DNA of 64,000 nt, taken from NCBI GenBank assembly GCA_963777505.1, contig CAVZQN010000008.1, positions 32,001 through 96,000 of the forward strand, written 5' to 3'. The notes below the pieces were generated by a model that saw only the letters and a list, made by a program, of their open reading frames with translations, was not told where the DNA came from and made no database searches. Source of the stretch: an uncultured bacterium (lineage in GTDB: Bacteria; Acidobacteriota; HRBIN11; JAKEFK01). The stretch's first letter is position 1, and each line of letters starts with the position of its first letter. Shown here piece after piece: positions 51,811-61,353 of this stretch. A program made the position numbers and the translations under genes.

Positions 51811-51839
51811 TTGACAGGTGTTGGGGAGTCCCGTATACT
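51811..51839 (+). promoter_or_regulatory. dcw operon sigma70 promoter
   Basis: TTGACA-N17-TATACT upstream of mraZ. Confidence 0.8.
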
Positions 51840-51904
51840 GCCGATAGGAAAAAAAAGGACAAAAATGGTCGCAACAGGAGTTCCTTGGCTCGTTCAGGGT
51901 TAAC

Positions 51905-52369
51905 ATGGCCACCAAGCGAAGATTAAATTTACGCGGAAATCAGCTTGCCACAGTCGACGAACAGGGTCGATTGAAAATTCCTACAAAATTTAAGGACATT
52001 CTGGTGAAAGAATACGGGTATGAATATTTCCTCACCAGCCTCACTGGAGAATATGTTTTTGTGTACCCCCTTACGGTTTGGGAAGCTCAAGTAGAAGAGC
52101 GACTGATAAAAACCGCCCACCTTAATCCCCGCCGTACCAAGCTTTTAGACGTCGTAAATTACTACGGATCTGAAGTGACGATGGACAAACAGGGCAGGAT
52201 TTTAATTCCCCCAACGCTGAGGGACTCCGCGGCCATACAAGGTGAAGTTTGTGTTCTTGGAAAACTGGATCATTTGGATATTTGGAACAAAGTCCAATTT
52301 GAATCAAAGCGACTTCAGGGTGAAGGCCGCTTAACAGAAGACGATCTTTCACAACTTTTTGCAGAGTAA
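51905..52369 (+). CDS. mraZ: Division/cell wall cluster repressor
   Basis: DEQGRL.IP and DKQGRILIP SpoVT-AbrB motifs. Confidence 0.93.
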   Translation: MATKRRLNLRGNQLATVDEQGRLKIPTKFKDILVKEYGYEYFLTSLTGEYVFVYPLTVWEAQVEERLIKTAHLNPRRTKLLDVVNYYGSEVTMDKQGRILIPPTLRDSAAIQGEVCVLGKLDHLDIWNKVQFESKRLQGEGRLTEDDLSQLFAE

Positions 52370-52410
52370 CGAACCGCAAAGTCGCAAATTCTTTGCGTCT
52401 TTGTGGTTCG
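52370..52410. repeat. Minimal 9-mer inverted-repeat element
   Basis: cgaaccgcaaagtcgcaaa / tttgcgtctttgtggttcg. Confidence 0.6.
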
Positions 52411-52502
52411 TCATTATTTCGGAAAACATCCGAGACCCTAATCTGCGCCGGACGACCCCCTGTTCCGGCGCAGGAATAGTGTCCTGAACCAGCGGTTATG
52501 AA

Positions 52503-53501
52503 ATGCGGATTCACAGACCGGTTCTTATAAAGGAAGCGGTTACTTTGTTGAACTGCCGGAGCGGGGGATTGTATATGGACTGTACAGCAGGAATGGCGGG
52601 GCATTCCGAAGAAATTCTTAGAGCTTCTGCTCCCGATGGCCATCTCCTTGCATTGGATCGTGATGAGCAAGCCATTGCAATCGTCCGGCAAAAACTAGCA
52701 CCCTATCAAAACCGCGTAACAATTGTTCACTCGGATTACAGGAGAATTGGGAAAGTGTTGGAAGAGAGCTCATTCGGACAGCCTGATGGGATTCTGGCTG
52801 ATCTTGGAGTTTCTATGTTGCAATTCTCCGACCCCCAACGCGGTTTTAGCTTTCAAGAAGAAGGTCCACTCGACATGCGCATGGATCAGAGCCAGAGAGA
52901 GACTGCTGAAGATTTGATCTCTCGAGCATCTGAAGAAGAATTGACCGACATCCTGAAAGAATATGGTGAAGAACCAGCGGCAAAAAGAATCGCAAGAAGG
53001 ATTGTTCAGGAACGAAAAACTCAGCCGATACAAACAACAACTGAATTACGCAAGATTATAGAAAAAGTAATTCCGTTAAGACATCATCAAAGAATTCATC
53101 CCGCCACACTGACATTTCAAGCGTTGCGGATTGCAGTCAATCGTGAGTTAGAGGAATTAGACGAATTTTTGTTCGATGCATTTGATGCTTTAGTGAATGG
53201 AGGGCGGCTTGTCGTAATTGCTTTCCATTCTTTAGAGGATCGAATTGTAAAACAGGCGTTCCGCTTTTTATCGGCGGCTTGCCGTTGTTCTATAGCATTA
53301 CCTGTCTGTCAGTGTGGCGGCAAGCCGCTGTCCAAACTATTAACCTCATCGCCAGTGCGTCCAGGCGAAGAAGAACTCAATGAAAATCCACCGAGTCGCA
53401 GCGCAAAATTGCGCGCAATTGAAAAGATTGAGGGAACTGTTCCGCGCGAATTATGGCAGACATGGCTGAATGAACATCAAAACTGGAAAAGAAATCGATG
53501 A
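52503..53501 (+). CDS. rsmH: 16S rRNA m4C1402 methyltransferase
   Basis: HRPVL, DLGVS, LDMRMD, FHSLEDR, RSAKLR. Confidence 0.96.
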   Translation: MRIHRPVLIKEAVTLLNCRSGGLYMDCTAGMAGHSEEILRASAPDGHLLALDRDEQAIAIVRQKLAPYQNRVTIVHSDYRRIGKVLEESSFGQPDGILADLGVSMLQFSDPQRGFSFQEEGPLDMRMDQSQRETAEDLISRASEEELTDILKEYGEEPAAKRIARRIVQERKTQPIQTTTELRKIIEKVIPLRHHQRIHPATLTFQALRIAVNRELEELDEFLFDAFDALVNGGRLVVIAFHSLEDRIVKQAFRFLSAACRCSIALPVCQCGGKPLSKLLTSSPVRPGEEELNENPPSRSAKLRAIEKIEGTVPRELWQTWLNEHQNWKRNR

Positions 53502-53515
53502 GAACAAGTTTTAAC

Positions 53516-53570
53516 GGAGCGCGGGCGTCATTGCCCGCCAATGTTAGGCGGGCACCGAGGCCTGCCCTCC
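53516..53570. repeat. REP-like doublet (GGAG-type)
   Basis: ggagcgcgggcgtcattgcccgcc ... ggcgggcaccgaggcctgccctcc. Confidence 0.6.
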
Positions 53571-53580
53571 CAAATTTTGT

Positions 53581-53958
53581 ATGAATAACAGAGTTTACAT
53601 TCAGTCAAAAAAATTAAGGCAGCAGGAACCTTTACGGCAGCGCGATCCTGTACAATTTCGCACTCTTATGTTGATCCTTTTTACATGTTCTTTAATTGTG
53701 CTAGGAATCCTCTCCTATATATGGAGAGGTGTTGAAATCATCAGCATGGGTTATAAGATGCGCGCGATTTATTCTCAGCAAAGTCTTTTAAAGGAACAGC
53801 GTCAGAAATTAATCCTTGAAAAAGCAGCTCTTCGATCATTAAAAAGAATTGAACATATTGCTTCTTCTCAATTAAACCTGGTCAAACCAAATCCCGAGCA
53901 AATTATTATTCTGCGATCTTCTCAGCAGACACCGAAAGAGCGTAAGAATGTACAGTAA
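53581..53958 (+). CDS. ftsL: Cell division protein
   Basis: One TM plus coiled coil, RIEHIA..L; position between rsmH and ftsI. Confidence 0.85.
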   Translation: MNNRVYIQSKKLRQQEPLRQRDPVQFRTLMLILFTCSLIVLGILSYIWRGVEIISMGYKMRAIYSQQSLLKEQRQKLILEKAALRSLKRIEHIASSQLNLVKPNPEQIIILRSSQQTPKERKNVQ

Positions 53959-56029
53959 TTCGTTTCGATCGCCCCGCGTTGCACCGGGATTATTCCGGAC
54001 ACGTTTTCAGCTCGGGATCCTTCTTTGTTTTGCATGGATCGGCATCATCGTGCTGCGCCTCATTTTCCTGCAAGTTTTTAAGCATGACCATTACGTCGCG
54101 CGTGCAAATAAACAACGCCAGAGTGTTGTCGCTCTTTATCCGGAACGAGGTCCGATTTTAGATCGGAAAAACAGGCAACTTGCGATCAGCATCGCTGAAA
54201 ATTCAATCTATGGCATCCCTGAAGAAATGAAAAGCCCGCTTGAAGCGATGCACAAAATAAGCAACATCGTTGAAATTGATCAGAAGGATCTTTTACAACG
54301 TTCTTCAACTAAATCATTCTTCTGGATCGCCAGAAAAATTCCAAAAGAGAAGGCAGAAGCAATCCGAAAGCTTGATTTACCTGGTGTTTACTTCACAACA
54401 GAAAGCAGACGGTATTATCCAAATAAGAATCTTGCGTCCCATGTACTCGGTTTCGTTGGCATGGATAACAAAGGATTATCCGGCGTTGAATATCAATATG
54501 AACATGTGATTACTGGAGTTCCCGGAAAACTGTTTGCACTTCGGGATGCAAAACGGAGACTTCTTCTTCCTGGCGGCGAAAATTCAATGGTGCCGCCTAC
54601 TGTCGGTAGATCGCTCCAACTTACAATCGACTCTTCTATTCAACATATCGTTGAAACGGAATTGAAAACCGCGGTGGAAGAACGCGCTGCAAGCGGTGGT
54701 TCAGTCATTATCCTGAAACCGCAAACAGGCGAAATTCTAGCAATTGCAAATGCGCCTGATTTTAATCCCAATGCATACAAGCAAAGCGAAGCAAAACAAT
54801 GGAAGAATCGAGCGATTACAGATTATTACGAACCAGGTTCCACATTTAAGCCTGTTATCGCTGCCGCAGCATTGGACCGCGGCCTGGTGAGTCCGGATGA
54901 TCAGTTTGACTGCCAGTGGGGATCAATTGTCCTGGCGGGAATTGTTATGAAGGACCACAAACCATTTGGTGTTCTTACATTTCGTGAAATTATCGAAAAA
55001 TCGAGCAATGTTGGCACTATTAAAGTTGGATTAAAGATTGGCCCGCAGGGACTCGTTCAATATGCACGTTCTTTTGGATTCGGACAAAAAACAGGGATTG
55101 ATTTACCGGGAGAAAGTTCCGGTATATTAAGATCCCCGAAAAAGTGGTCTGCCCTTTCAATTGGAGCGATTTCAATTGGACAGGAAGTAGGAGTAACACC
55201 ACTTCAGATTTTGCGGATGATCACCTCTGTTGGGAATGGTGGTTATCTTGTATCACCTCACACAGTTTCAAGAATCTCAGATAGTTCTGGTGATTTAAAA
55301 CCGGCTGTGTTCCCACAACCACAAGCACTGCCATTTAAACACACAACGTTAAGTACATTACAGGAATTTTTGGAAGGGGTTGTAGCCCACGGCTCGGGGA
55401 CTCTAGCGCAAATTCCCGGATATTCAGTAGCAGGTAAAACCGGAACAGCGCAAAAAATCGGCCCGTCCGGCACCTATGCTGATGGCGGATACATTGCATC
55501 CTTTGCTGGCTATGCGCCGGCAAAGGATCCGGCCATTAGCATGATTGTGGTGCTGTATAACCCAAAGAAGGAATTTTATGGAGGAAGAGTAGCTGCCCCT
55601 CTATTTCGGAAAATCGGACAACAGGTTTTGAAGTATCTGGACATTCCCCCTGACCAGAATACGGAAAATCCTGCATTTACAACAGCACAGTCCGCGTTCC
55701 CCCGCGTGACTGAAGCAAATTATCCGGAAGGTATTGAGTCGGTAGCATACACTTCTCCTCCTAATCAGCATCACAAGCTCGTCATTGCCCCTGACGACGG
55801 CATGGCCAACGAGCTTGTGATGCCTTATTTGTTTGGAAAAACAGCCAGTGAAACAATAGAAATTCTAAGTAAAACAAAAATCCCGTTCCGCCTTCTCGGT
55901 ACAGGCACAGTAATTAAACAATGGCCTATTCCGGGCTCGCTTTTAAAACTGGATGACATGATGATTATTACGCTGGCACATTCCAAAAATACTTCAACAT
56001 TTACGGACCGGAATGCTAGCAGCAAGTAA
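53948..56029 (+). CDS. ftsI: Peptidoglycan D,D-transpeptidase PBP3 with PASTA-like tail
   Basis: RG.ILDR, EPGSTFK, SSN, KTGTAQ. Confidence 0.93.
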   Translation: MYSNSFRSPRVAPGLFRTRFQLGILLCFAWIGIIVLRLIFLQVFKHDHYVARANKQRQSVVALYPERGPILDRKNRQLAISIAENSIYGIPEEMKSPLEAMHKISNIVEIDQKDLLQRSSTKSFFWIARKIPKEKAEAIRKLDLPGVYFTTESRRYYPNKNLASHVLGFVGMDNKGLSGVEYQYEHVITGVPGKLFALRDAKRRLLLPGGENSMVPPTVGRSLQLTIDSSIQHIVETELKTAVEERAASGGSVIILKPQTGEILAIANAPDFNPNAYKQSEAKQWKNRAITDYYEPGSTFKPVIAAAALDRGLVSPDDQFDCQWGSIVLAGIVMKDHKPFGVLTFREIIEKSSNVGTIKVGLKIGPQGLVQYARSFGFGQKTGIDLPGESSGILRSPKKWSALSIGAISIGQEVGVTPLQILRMITSVGNGGYLVSPHTVSRISDSSGDLKPAVFPQPQALPFKHTTLSTLQEFLEGVVAHGSGTLAQIPGYSVAGKTGTAQKIGPSGTYADGGYIASFAGYAPAKDPAISMIVVLYNPKKEFYGGRVAAPLFRKIGQQVLKYLDIPPDQNTENPAFTTAQSAFPRVTEANYPEGIESVAYTSPPNQHHKLVIAPDDGMANELVMPYLFGKTASETIEILSKTKIPFRLLGTGTVIKQWPIPGSLLKLDDMMIITLAHSKNTSTFTDRNASSK

Positions 56030-56031
56030 GA

Positions 56032-57507
56032 ATGAATCTAAAAACCCTACTTTCTGTACTGCAGAAGTACGAGATCTCAGAAGTTTCAGATCTCGATATT
56101 ACAGGCTTTGCTTACGATTCGCGTAAGGTAAAGCCGGGGAATCTTTTTGCGGCACTTCCCGGACTCCAGCATCATGGAAGCGAGTTTCAAGCTCAAGCCG
56201 AAAAAAATGGCGCAATTGCCATCTTAAGTGATCGTCTACTAAAATCTTCCCTTCCCATCATTACAGTAGAAAATCCACGTGCTGCGCTTGCTGCGCTTAG
56301 CAATGCTTTTTATCAATATCCTTCAACAAAGTTAAAACTATTCGGAGTTACAGGAACCAACGGCAAAACAACTACAACTTATCTACTCCAATCCATCCTT
56401 GAAGCGGCTGGATTGCGGACCGGTTTACTTGGAACTGTTGTTTACAGCGGAAAAGAGTTTCGCTCTGATGCAAAGTTAACGACTCCTGAATCTCTTGATC
56501 TTCAGGAAATGCTTGCAAAAATGGTTGCAGAAAAAGATGCGGCATGCGTGATGGAAGTTTCATCACATTCACTTGTAATGTCACGTGTTGCAAGCTGTGC
56601 GTTTGAAGCGGCAATATTCACCAACTTGACTCAAGATCATCTGGATTTTCACAAGACAATGGAAGACTACTTCGAGGCCAAAAAAATTCTATTCGATGGC
56701 CATACTTGCGCAGCAAAAAGTGCATTCATTAATAAAGATGATCCTTATGGCAAACGGATTCTGGCTGATCGCAAAGTTTCCGGACTCGATAGCTTTAGTT
56801 ACGGATTCAGCCCTGGATCATCATTCCGGATTCGCGATTGGAAAAGCACAGCACAAGAAAGCAATATGGTGATCCGTTACGAAAACAGAGATATCAAAAT
56901 CAAAACACCTCTTCTGGCTCGCTACAATGCATACAATCTCTGCGGTGCTTTTGCTGCTGCAACAATTGCTGGAATCGATCGGACCGCAATCTTGCAAGGC
57001 ATCGAAAACATGAAGCAAATACCGGGCCGTCTCGAAAAGATTGATCATGGTCAGCCATTCTTAGTTTTTATCGATTATGCACATACAGAAGACGCCCTCC
57101 GTCAAGTTTTGAGCACACTACGACCGTACACACGCGAGCGATTAATCGTTTTATTCGGATGTGGTGGAGAACGGGATAAAGGTAAGCGCCCTATGATGGG
57201 ACGAGCAGCCGGAGAACTCGCTGATGAAGTAATTTTGACTTCCGATAATCCAAGAAGCGAAAACCCGGCCACTATATTGCAGCAAATTAAAACGGGTGTC
57301 GAGAAAAGTGGAAATTCGAATCTGCATATTATTCCGGATCGAAAAGAAGCAATTGAGTTTGCTTTAAAACTCGCTGCACCTACAGATACGTTACTTCTTG
57401 CTGGAAAAGGGCATGAAACGTATCAGGTAATCGGAAAAGAAAAACAGCATTTTGATGAAAGAGAGATCCTGAAAGATGAATTAGGAAAGATGAAAGCTGA
57501 AAGTTAA
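56032..57507 (+). CDS. murE: UDP-MurNAc-tripeptide synthetase
   Basis: GTNGKTT, DYAHT, DNPR (meso-DAP specificity motif). Confidence 0.96.
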   Translation: MNLKTLLSVLQKYEISEVSDLDITGFAYDSRKVKPGNLFAALPGLQHHGSEFQAQAEKNGAIAILSDRLLKSSLPIITVENPRAALAALSNAFYQYPSTKLKLFGVTGTNGKTTTTYLLQSILEAAGLRTGLLGTVVYSGKEFRSDAKLTTPESLDLQEMLAKMVAEKDAACVMEVSSHSLVMSRVASCAFEAAIFTNLTQDHLDFHKTMEDYFEAKKILFDGHTCAAKSAFINKDDPYGKRILADRKVSGLDSFSYGFSPGSSFRIRDWKSTAQESNMVIRYENRDIKIKTPLLARYNAYNLCGAFAAATIAGIDRTAILQGIENMKQIPGRLEKIDHGQPFLVFIDYAHTEDALRQVLSTLRPYTRERLIVLFGCGGERDKGKRPMMGRAAGELADEVILTSDNPRSENPATILQQIKTGVEKSGNSNLHIIPDRKEAIEFALKLAAPTDTLLLAGKGHETYQVIGKEKQHFDEREILKDELGKMKAES

Positions 57508-57545
57508 CTCACTTTCATCGTTCATCTTTCATCGTTCACCTTTCA
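57490..57545. repeat. Tandem 7-mer inverted-repeat remnant
   Basis: gatgaaagctgaaag / ctttcatcgttcatctttcatcgttcacctttca. Confidence 0.6.
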
Positions 57546-57550
57546 AAACT

Positions 57551-58906
57551 ATGGTTCTATCAATGGAAACGGTACTTCGTGAAACAGCTGGAAGACTGCT
57601 TCGCGGCAAAACAGATTATTTTTCATCTTACGCGATCGATTCACGTAAGGTGCAACAAGGAAGCTTGTTTTTTGCACTTAAGGGCGAGCAGACTGATGGT
57701 CATTTGTTTGTAGAATCTGCGTTAAATGCCGGCGCTAAAGGCGCGATCGTTCAACACGATTCAAAATCGAATGGCACATTATTGCTCGTAGAAGATTCTC
57801 TAAAGGCGCTTTACGATCTTGCGGCCTTCGTCCGCAAACAAAGCGCGGCTAGATTTATCGGCATAACCGGAAGTGCAGGAAAAACGTCAACGAAAGAATT
57901 CACTGCAGCAATTTTGACGGAACGATTTCGAGTTTATAAAAGCGAAGGAAATTTGAATAGCCTCACAGGTTTGCCACTGAGCATTCTTGCTATTGAAGAT
58001 CAACAACGTGCGGTGTTTGAAGCTGGAATGAATCAGCCGGGCGAAATGGCTTCGCTTGGCAAACTGCTTCGTCCCGATATAGCGGTGCTCCTAAACGTAA
58101 ACCCTGTTCATATGGGTCAATTCAAATCTGAAAAAGACATTGCGATTGAGAAAGCTTCCCTGGCGGATTCATTGCAAAATGACGGAAAAATCATTTACAA
58201 CGCAGATGACGCTCTGCTTCAAGAACAGGTCAGCCAGCGGACTGCAAGTCATATCTCATTCGGCAGATCACAAAATGCGGATCTTCGAATTGAAGCATTG
58301 AAGTTAAAAGGTGTTCGTGGTTTGGAAGCGTCTTTTCTATGGCACGGCCAGAAGTTAAACGTTGAATCTTCGCTGAGCGGTCTTGGAAATGCCTACAATA
58401 TCGCAGCCGCAGCTTGCGTCGCACTGATCGAAGGACTTGATGTTTCAGAAATAGAAAATGCCATTCGGAAATTATCCCCTTATGCGCAGAGAGGCATTTT
58501 AATTCAGCTTGGCGGGATGCATATTTATGATGATACTTACAATAGCAATCCCCGCGCACTTGAAATCGCACTCCAGCTCATTGCAGCCAGTGAAGGGTAT
58601 AAAAGAAGAGTCGCTGTGCTTGGTGACATGCTTGAACTGGGTTCAAGTGAAATTGAATATCATGCCCAGGCCGGTCGAAGTGCCGCACAAAATAAAATTG
58701 ATGTTCTCATTGCAGCGGGCCCATTAAGCCGTCATCTCGCAGATGCAGCCAGAAAAAGTGGCGTAAGCGAAGTTCATTCCGCTGAAAATTCAACAGAAGC
58801 AGGAGAAATCGCAGCAAAAACGCTGCGGGCAGGAGACATTGTTTTGGTTAAAGGCTCTCGTGGAATGAAAATGGAAAGTGTTATTGAACGGTTGAGGAAA
58901 CAATAA
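57551..58906 (+). CDS. murF: UDP-MurNAc-pentapeptide synthetase
   Basis: GSAGKTSTKE, DTYNSNP, GDMLELG, KGSRG. Confidence 0.96.
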   Translation: MVLSMETVLRETAGRLLRGKTDYFSSYAIDSRKVQQGSLFFALKGEQTDGHLFVESALNAGAKGAIVQHDSKSNGTLLLVEDSLKALYDLAAFVRKQSAARFIGITGSAGKTSTKEFTAAILTERFRVYKSEGNLNSLTGLPLSILAIEDQQRAVFEAGMNQPGEMASLGKLLRPDIAVLLNVNPVHMGQFKSEKDIAIEKASLADSLQNDGKIIYNADDALLQEQVSQRTASHISFGRSQNADLRIEALKLKGVRGLEASFLWHGQKLNVESSLSGLGNAYNIAAAACVALIEGLDVSEIENAIRKLSPYAQRGILIQLGGMHIYDDTYNSNPRALEIALQLIAASEGYKRRVAVLGDMLELGSSEIEYHAQAGRSAAQNKIDVLIAAGPLSRHLADAARKSGVSEVHSAENSTEAGEIAAKTLRAGDIVLVKGSRGMKMESVIERLRKQ

Positions 58907-59986
58907 ATGCTGCATTGGCTTCTTTCTCCTGAACTGACCGGCCTTGCGTTGTTTCAGTACATTACGTTCCGTACTGCTGCATCTACGCTAACGGCGATGA
59001 TGATTACGCTCCTGTTTGGCGGCTGGGCGATCCGCAAACTGAAAGAATTTCAAATCAAACAACATATTCGCGAAGAAGGTCCGGCATCGCATCAAACAAA
59101 AGCCGGAACTCCTACAATGGGTGGATTGATTGTTATTGCGGGAATTCTTATCCCTACAATGCTCTGGGCCGATCTTTCGAATCCGTTTGTTTGGATCCTC
59201 TTGTTTGCATTACTTTCTTTTGGTGCAATCGGATTTATGGATGATTTCACAAAAGTTGCAGAAGGCCGGAATTTAGGAATTACTGCCAGACACAAATTCG
59301 CATTCCAGATTATTTGCAGTGCAATCATTGGTTTCTTTCTTTTATATCTTTCCAGAACAACCGATTACTACGATACTCGCCTTCATTTTCCCTTTGTTAA
59401 ATGGTGGCAACCTGATCTCGGTTACTTTTACGTCTTATTGGTAATCATAGTTCTTGTTGGCGCATCGAATGCTGTGAACCTAACTGATGGGTTGGATGGT
59501 CTCGCTATAGGTTCCGTATTAATTGCATCGGCGGCGTACACAGCACTTGCATACGTCGCTGGCCACTTTGTTTTTTCGGAATATTTACGAATCACTTTCT
59601 TGACGTATGCAGGCGAAACAACTGTTTTCGGCGGAGCAATGGTCGGAGCCAGCATCGGATTTCTCTGGTATAACTCATATCCTGCTGAAGTTTTTATGGG
59701 AGATACAGGTTCACTTTCGCTGGGCGGGTCAATCGGAACAATGGCCATTCTCATTAAGCAAGAATTTTTGTTGATTATAGTAGGCGGCCTTTTTGTTGTC
59801 GAAGCGCTTTCAGTAATCATTCAAGTTTCTTATTTTAAGCTGACAAAGAAGCGCGTTTTTTTAATGGCTCCACTTCACCATCATTTTGAATTAAAAGGAT
59901 GGAAAGAACCAAAGGTCATTATTCGTTTTTGGATCCTTGCATTTTTATTCATGCTGCTGAGTCTTACAACATTGAAATTACGATGA
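58907..59986 (+). CDS. mraY: Phospho-MurNAc-pentapeptide transferase
   Basis: TPTMGG, DD, NLTDGLDG, FMGDTGS, HHH. Confidence 0.97.
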   Translation: MLHWLLSPELTGLALFQYITFRTAASTLTAMMITLLFGGWAIRKLKEFQIKQHIREEGPASHQTKAGTPTMGGLIVIAGILIPTMLWADLSNPFVWILLFALLSFGAIGFMDDFTKVAEGRNLGITARHKFAFQIICSAIIGFFLLYLSRTTDYYDTRLHFPFVKWWQPDLGYFYVLLVIIVLVGASNAVNLTDGLDGLAIGSVLIASAAYTALAYVAGHFVFSEYLRITFLTYAGETTVFGGAMVGASIGFLWYNSYPAEVFMGDTGSLSLGGSIGTMAILIKQEFLLIIVGGLFVVEALSVIIQVSYFKLTKKRVFLMAPLHHHFELKGWKEPKVIIRFWILAFLFMLLSLTTLKLR

Positions 59987-61353
59987 TTGAAGGAAAAAAA
60001 ATACTTGTAGCTGGGTTTGCAAGAACCGGCCAGGCGGTCGTACGGTTTTTACTGAATCGGAAGAACTGTAGTGTGTCTGTTTCAGATACACGTCCAGCAA
60101 GTGAATTCGGCAACTACCAAGAAGATTTTTCCGGAGTAGAATTCGAGTTCGGAGGTCATACGCCTGAAACTTTTCTAAAGGCAGATCTGATCATTTTAAG
60201 TCCAGGAATTCCTGAAACAATCTTACCCATTGTTGAAGCGAAGAAAAAAGGGATTCGCGTTATTTCAGAAATTGAACTCGCATACCACTTTTTGAAAGGG
60301 ACTTTAATCGGGATTACAGGAACGAATGGGAAATCTACCACAACGGAATTAACAAGCGCGATTCTTCGGTCCGGTGGTAAACGCGCAATGGTCTGCGGAA
60401 ACATAGGCACACCGTTAATTCAATTTTGCGAAGATTCAAAGCCCGAAGATTATTACGTCATTGAAATTTCTAGTTTTCAGCTTGAAACGATTGATGAATT
60501 CCGTCCACACATTGCTGCTTTGATTAATCTTGCTGAAGATCATTTGGATTGGTATCCATCTGTGGAGCCTTACTATTCTGCGAAGATGCGAATCTTTAAG
60601 AATCAAAAAGAAAATGATTTTGCGGTTGTGAATTACGATGATCCATACATTCGAGAACACGTGAATAACATTCAGTCAAATCATTTCTGGTTTTCGAGAA
60701 AAGAAAAGCCTCCTTCAGGGGTTTATGCATCTGAGGGGATCATTCGGTCAATTTCCGGCGGCCAGATCCTTGATTTTTCTCAAGGCCGTTTACAGGGAAT
60801 TCATAATCTTGAAAATACTTTATGTGCTGCATCCATTGCAATGCTTTGCGGTGTTTTTCCCAAGGCGATGCAAAACGCGATCAATCACTTCCAGGGACTC
60901 CATCACAGAATGGAACTTGTTAACGAGATATCGGGTGTTCGTTATTACGATGATTCAAAAGCGACAAACGTTGATGCCGTAATGAAATCGCTTGAAAGTT
61001 TTTCAGGCAATGTTTTTCTTATCATGGGTGGAAGAGATAAGGGTTGCGATTACCGCGTTCTTGAAAGTTTGGTGCGTGACCGTGTGAAGCAGTTGCTATT
61101 CATTGGAGAAGCCAAAGAACGCCTGGCAAAAGAACTCGGTGGTTTTGCACCTTTTGCTTTTTTTGAAACACTTGAACGTGCGATCGATCATGCTGCTAAT
61201 TCCGCCAACAAAGGCGACATTGTCTTGCTTTCGCCGGCTTGTTCGAGTTTTGACATGTTTAAGAATTACGAAGAACGAGGCAGGGCTTTTGCCAACGCAG
61301 TGATCGGCCTCCGAAATCGCTCCGTTACAGGAAACAATGGCTCGACAAATTAG
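59983..61353 (+). CDS. murD: UDP-MurNAc-L-Ala--D-Glu ligase
   Basis: SPGI, GTNGKST, DSKATN, SPACSSFD. Confidence 0.96.
   Translation: MIEGKKILVAGFARTGQAVVRFLLNRKNCSVSVSDTRPASEFGNYQEDFSGVEFEFGGHTPETFLKADLIILSPGIPETILPIVEAKKKGIRVISEIELAYHFLKGTLIGITGTNGKSTTTELTSAILRSGGKRAMVCGNIGTPLIQFCEDSKPEDYYVIEISSFQLETIDEFRPHIAALINLAEDHLDWYPSVEPYYSAKMRIFKNQKENDFAVVNYDDPYIREHVNNIQSNHFWFSRKEKPPSGVYASEGIIRSISGGQILDFSQGRLQGIHNLENTLCAASIAMLCGVFPKAMQNAINHFQGLHHRMELVNEISGVRYYDDSKATNVDAVMKSLESFSGNVFLIMGGRDKGCDYRVLESLVRDRVKQLLFIGEAKERLAKELGGFAPFAFFETLERAIDHAANSANKGDIVLLSPACSSFDMFKNYEERGRAFANAVIGLRNRSVTGNNGSTN

Noticed and set aside
52443-52473. Hairpin between mraZ and rsmH as a terminator
   Set aside because: 10-bp stem without a U-tract; at most an mRNA stability element
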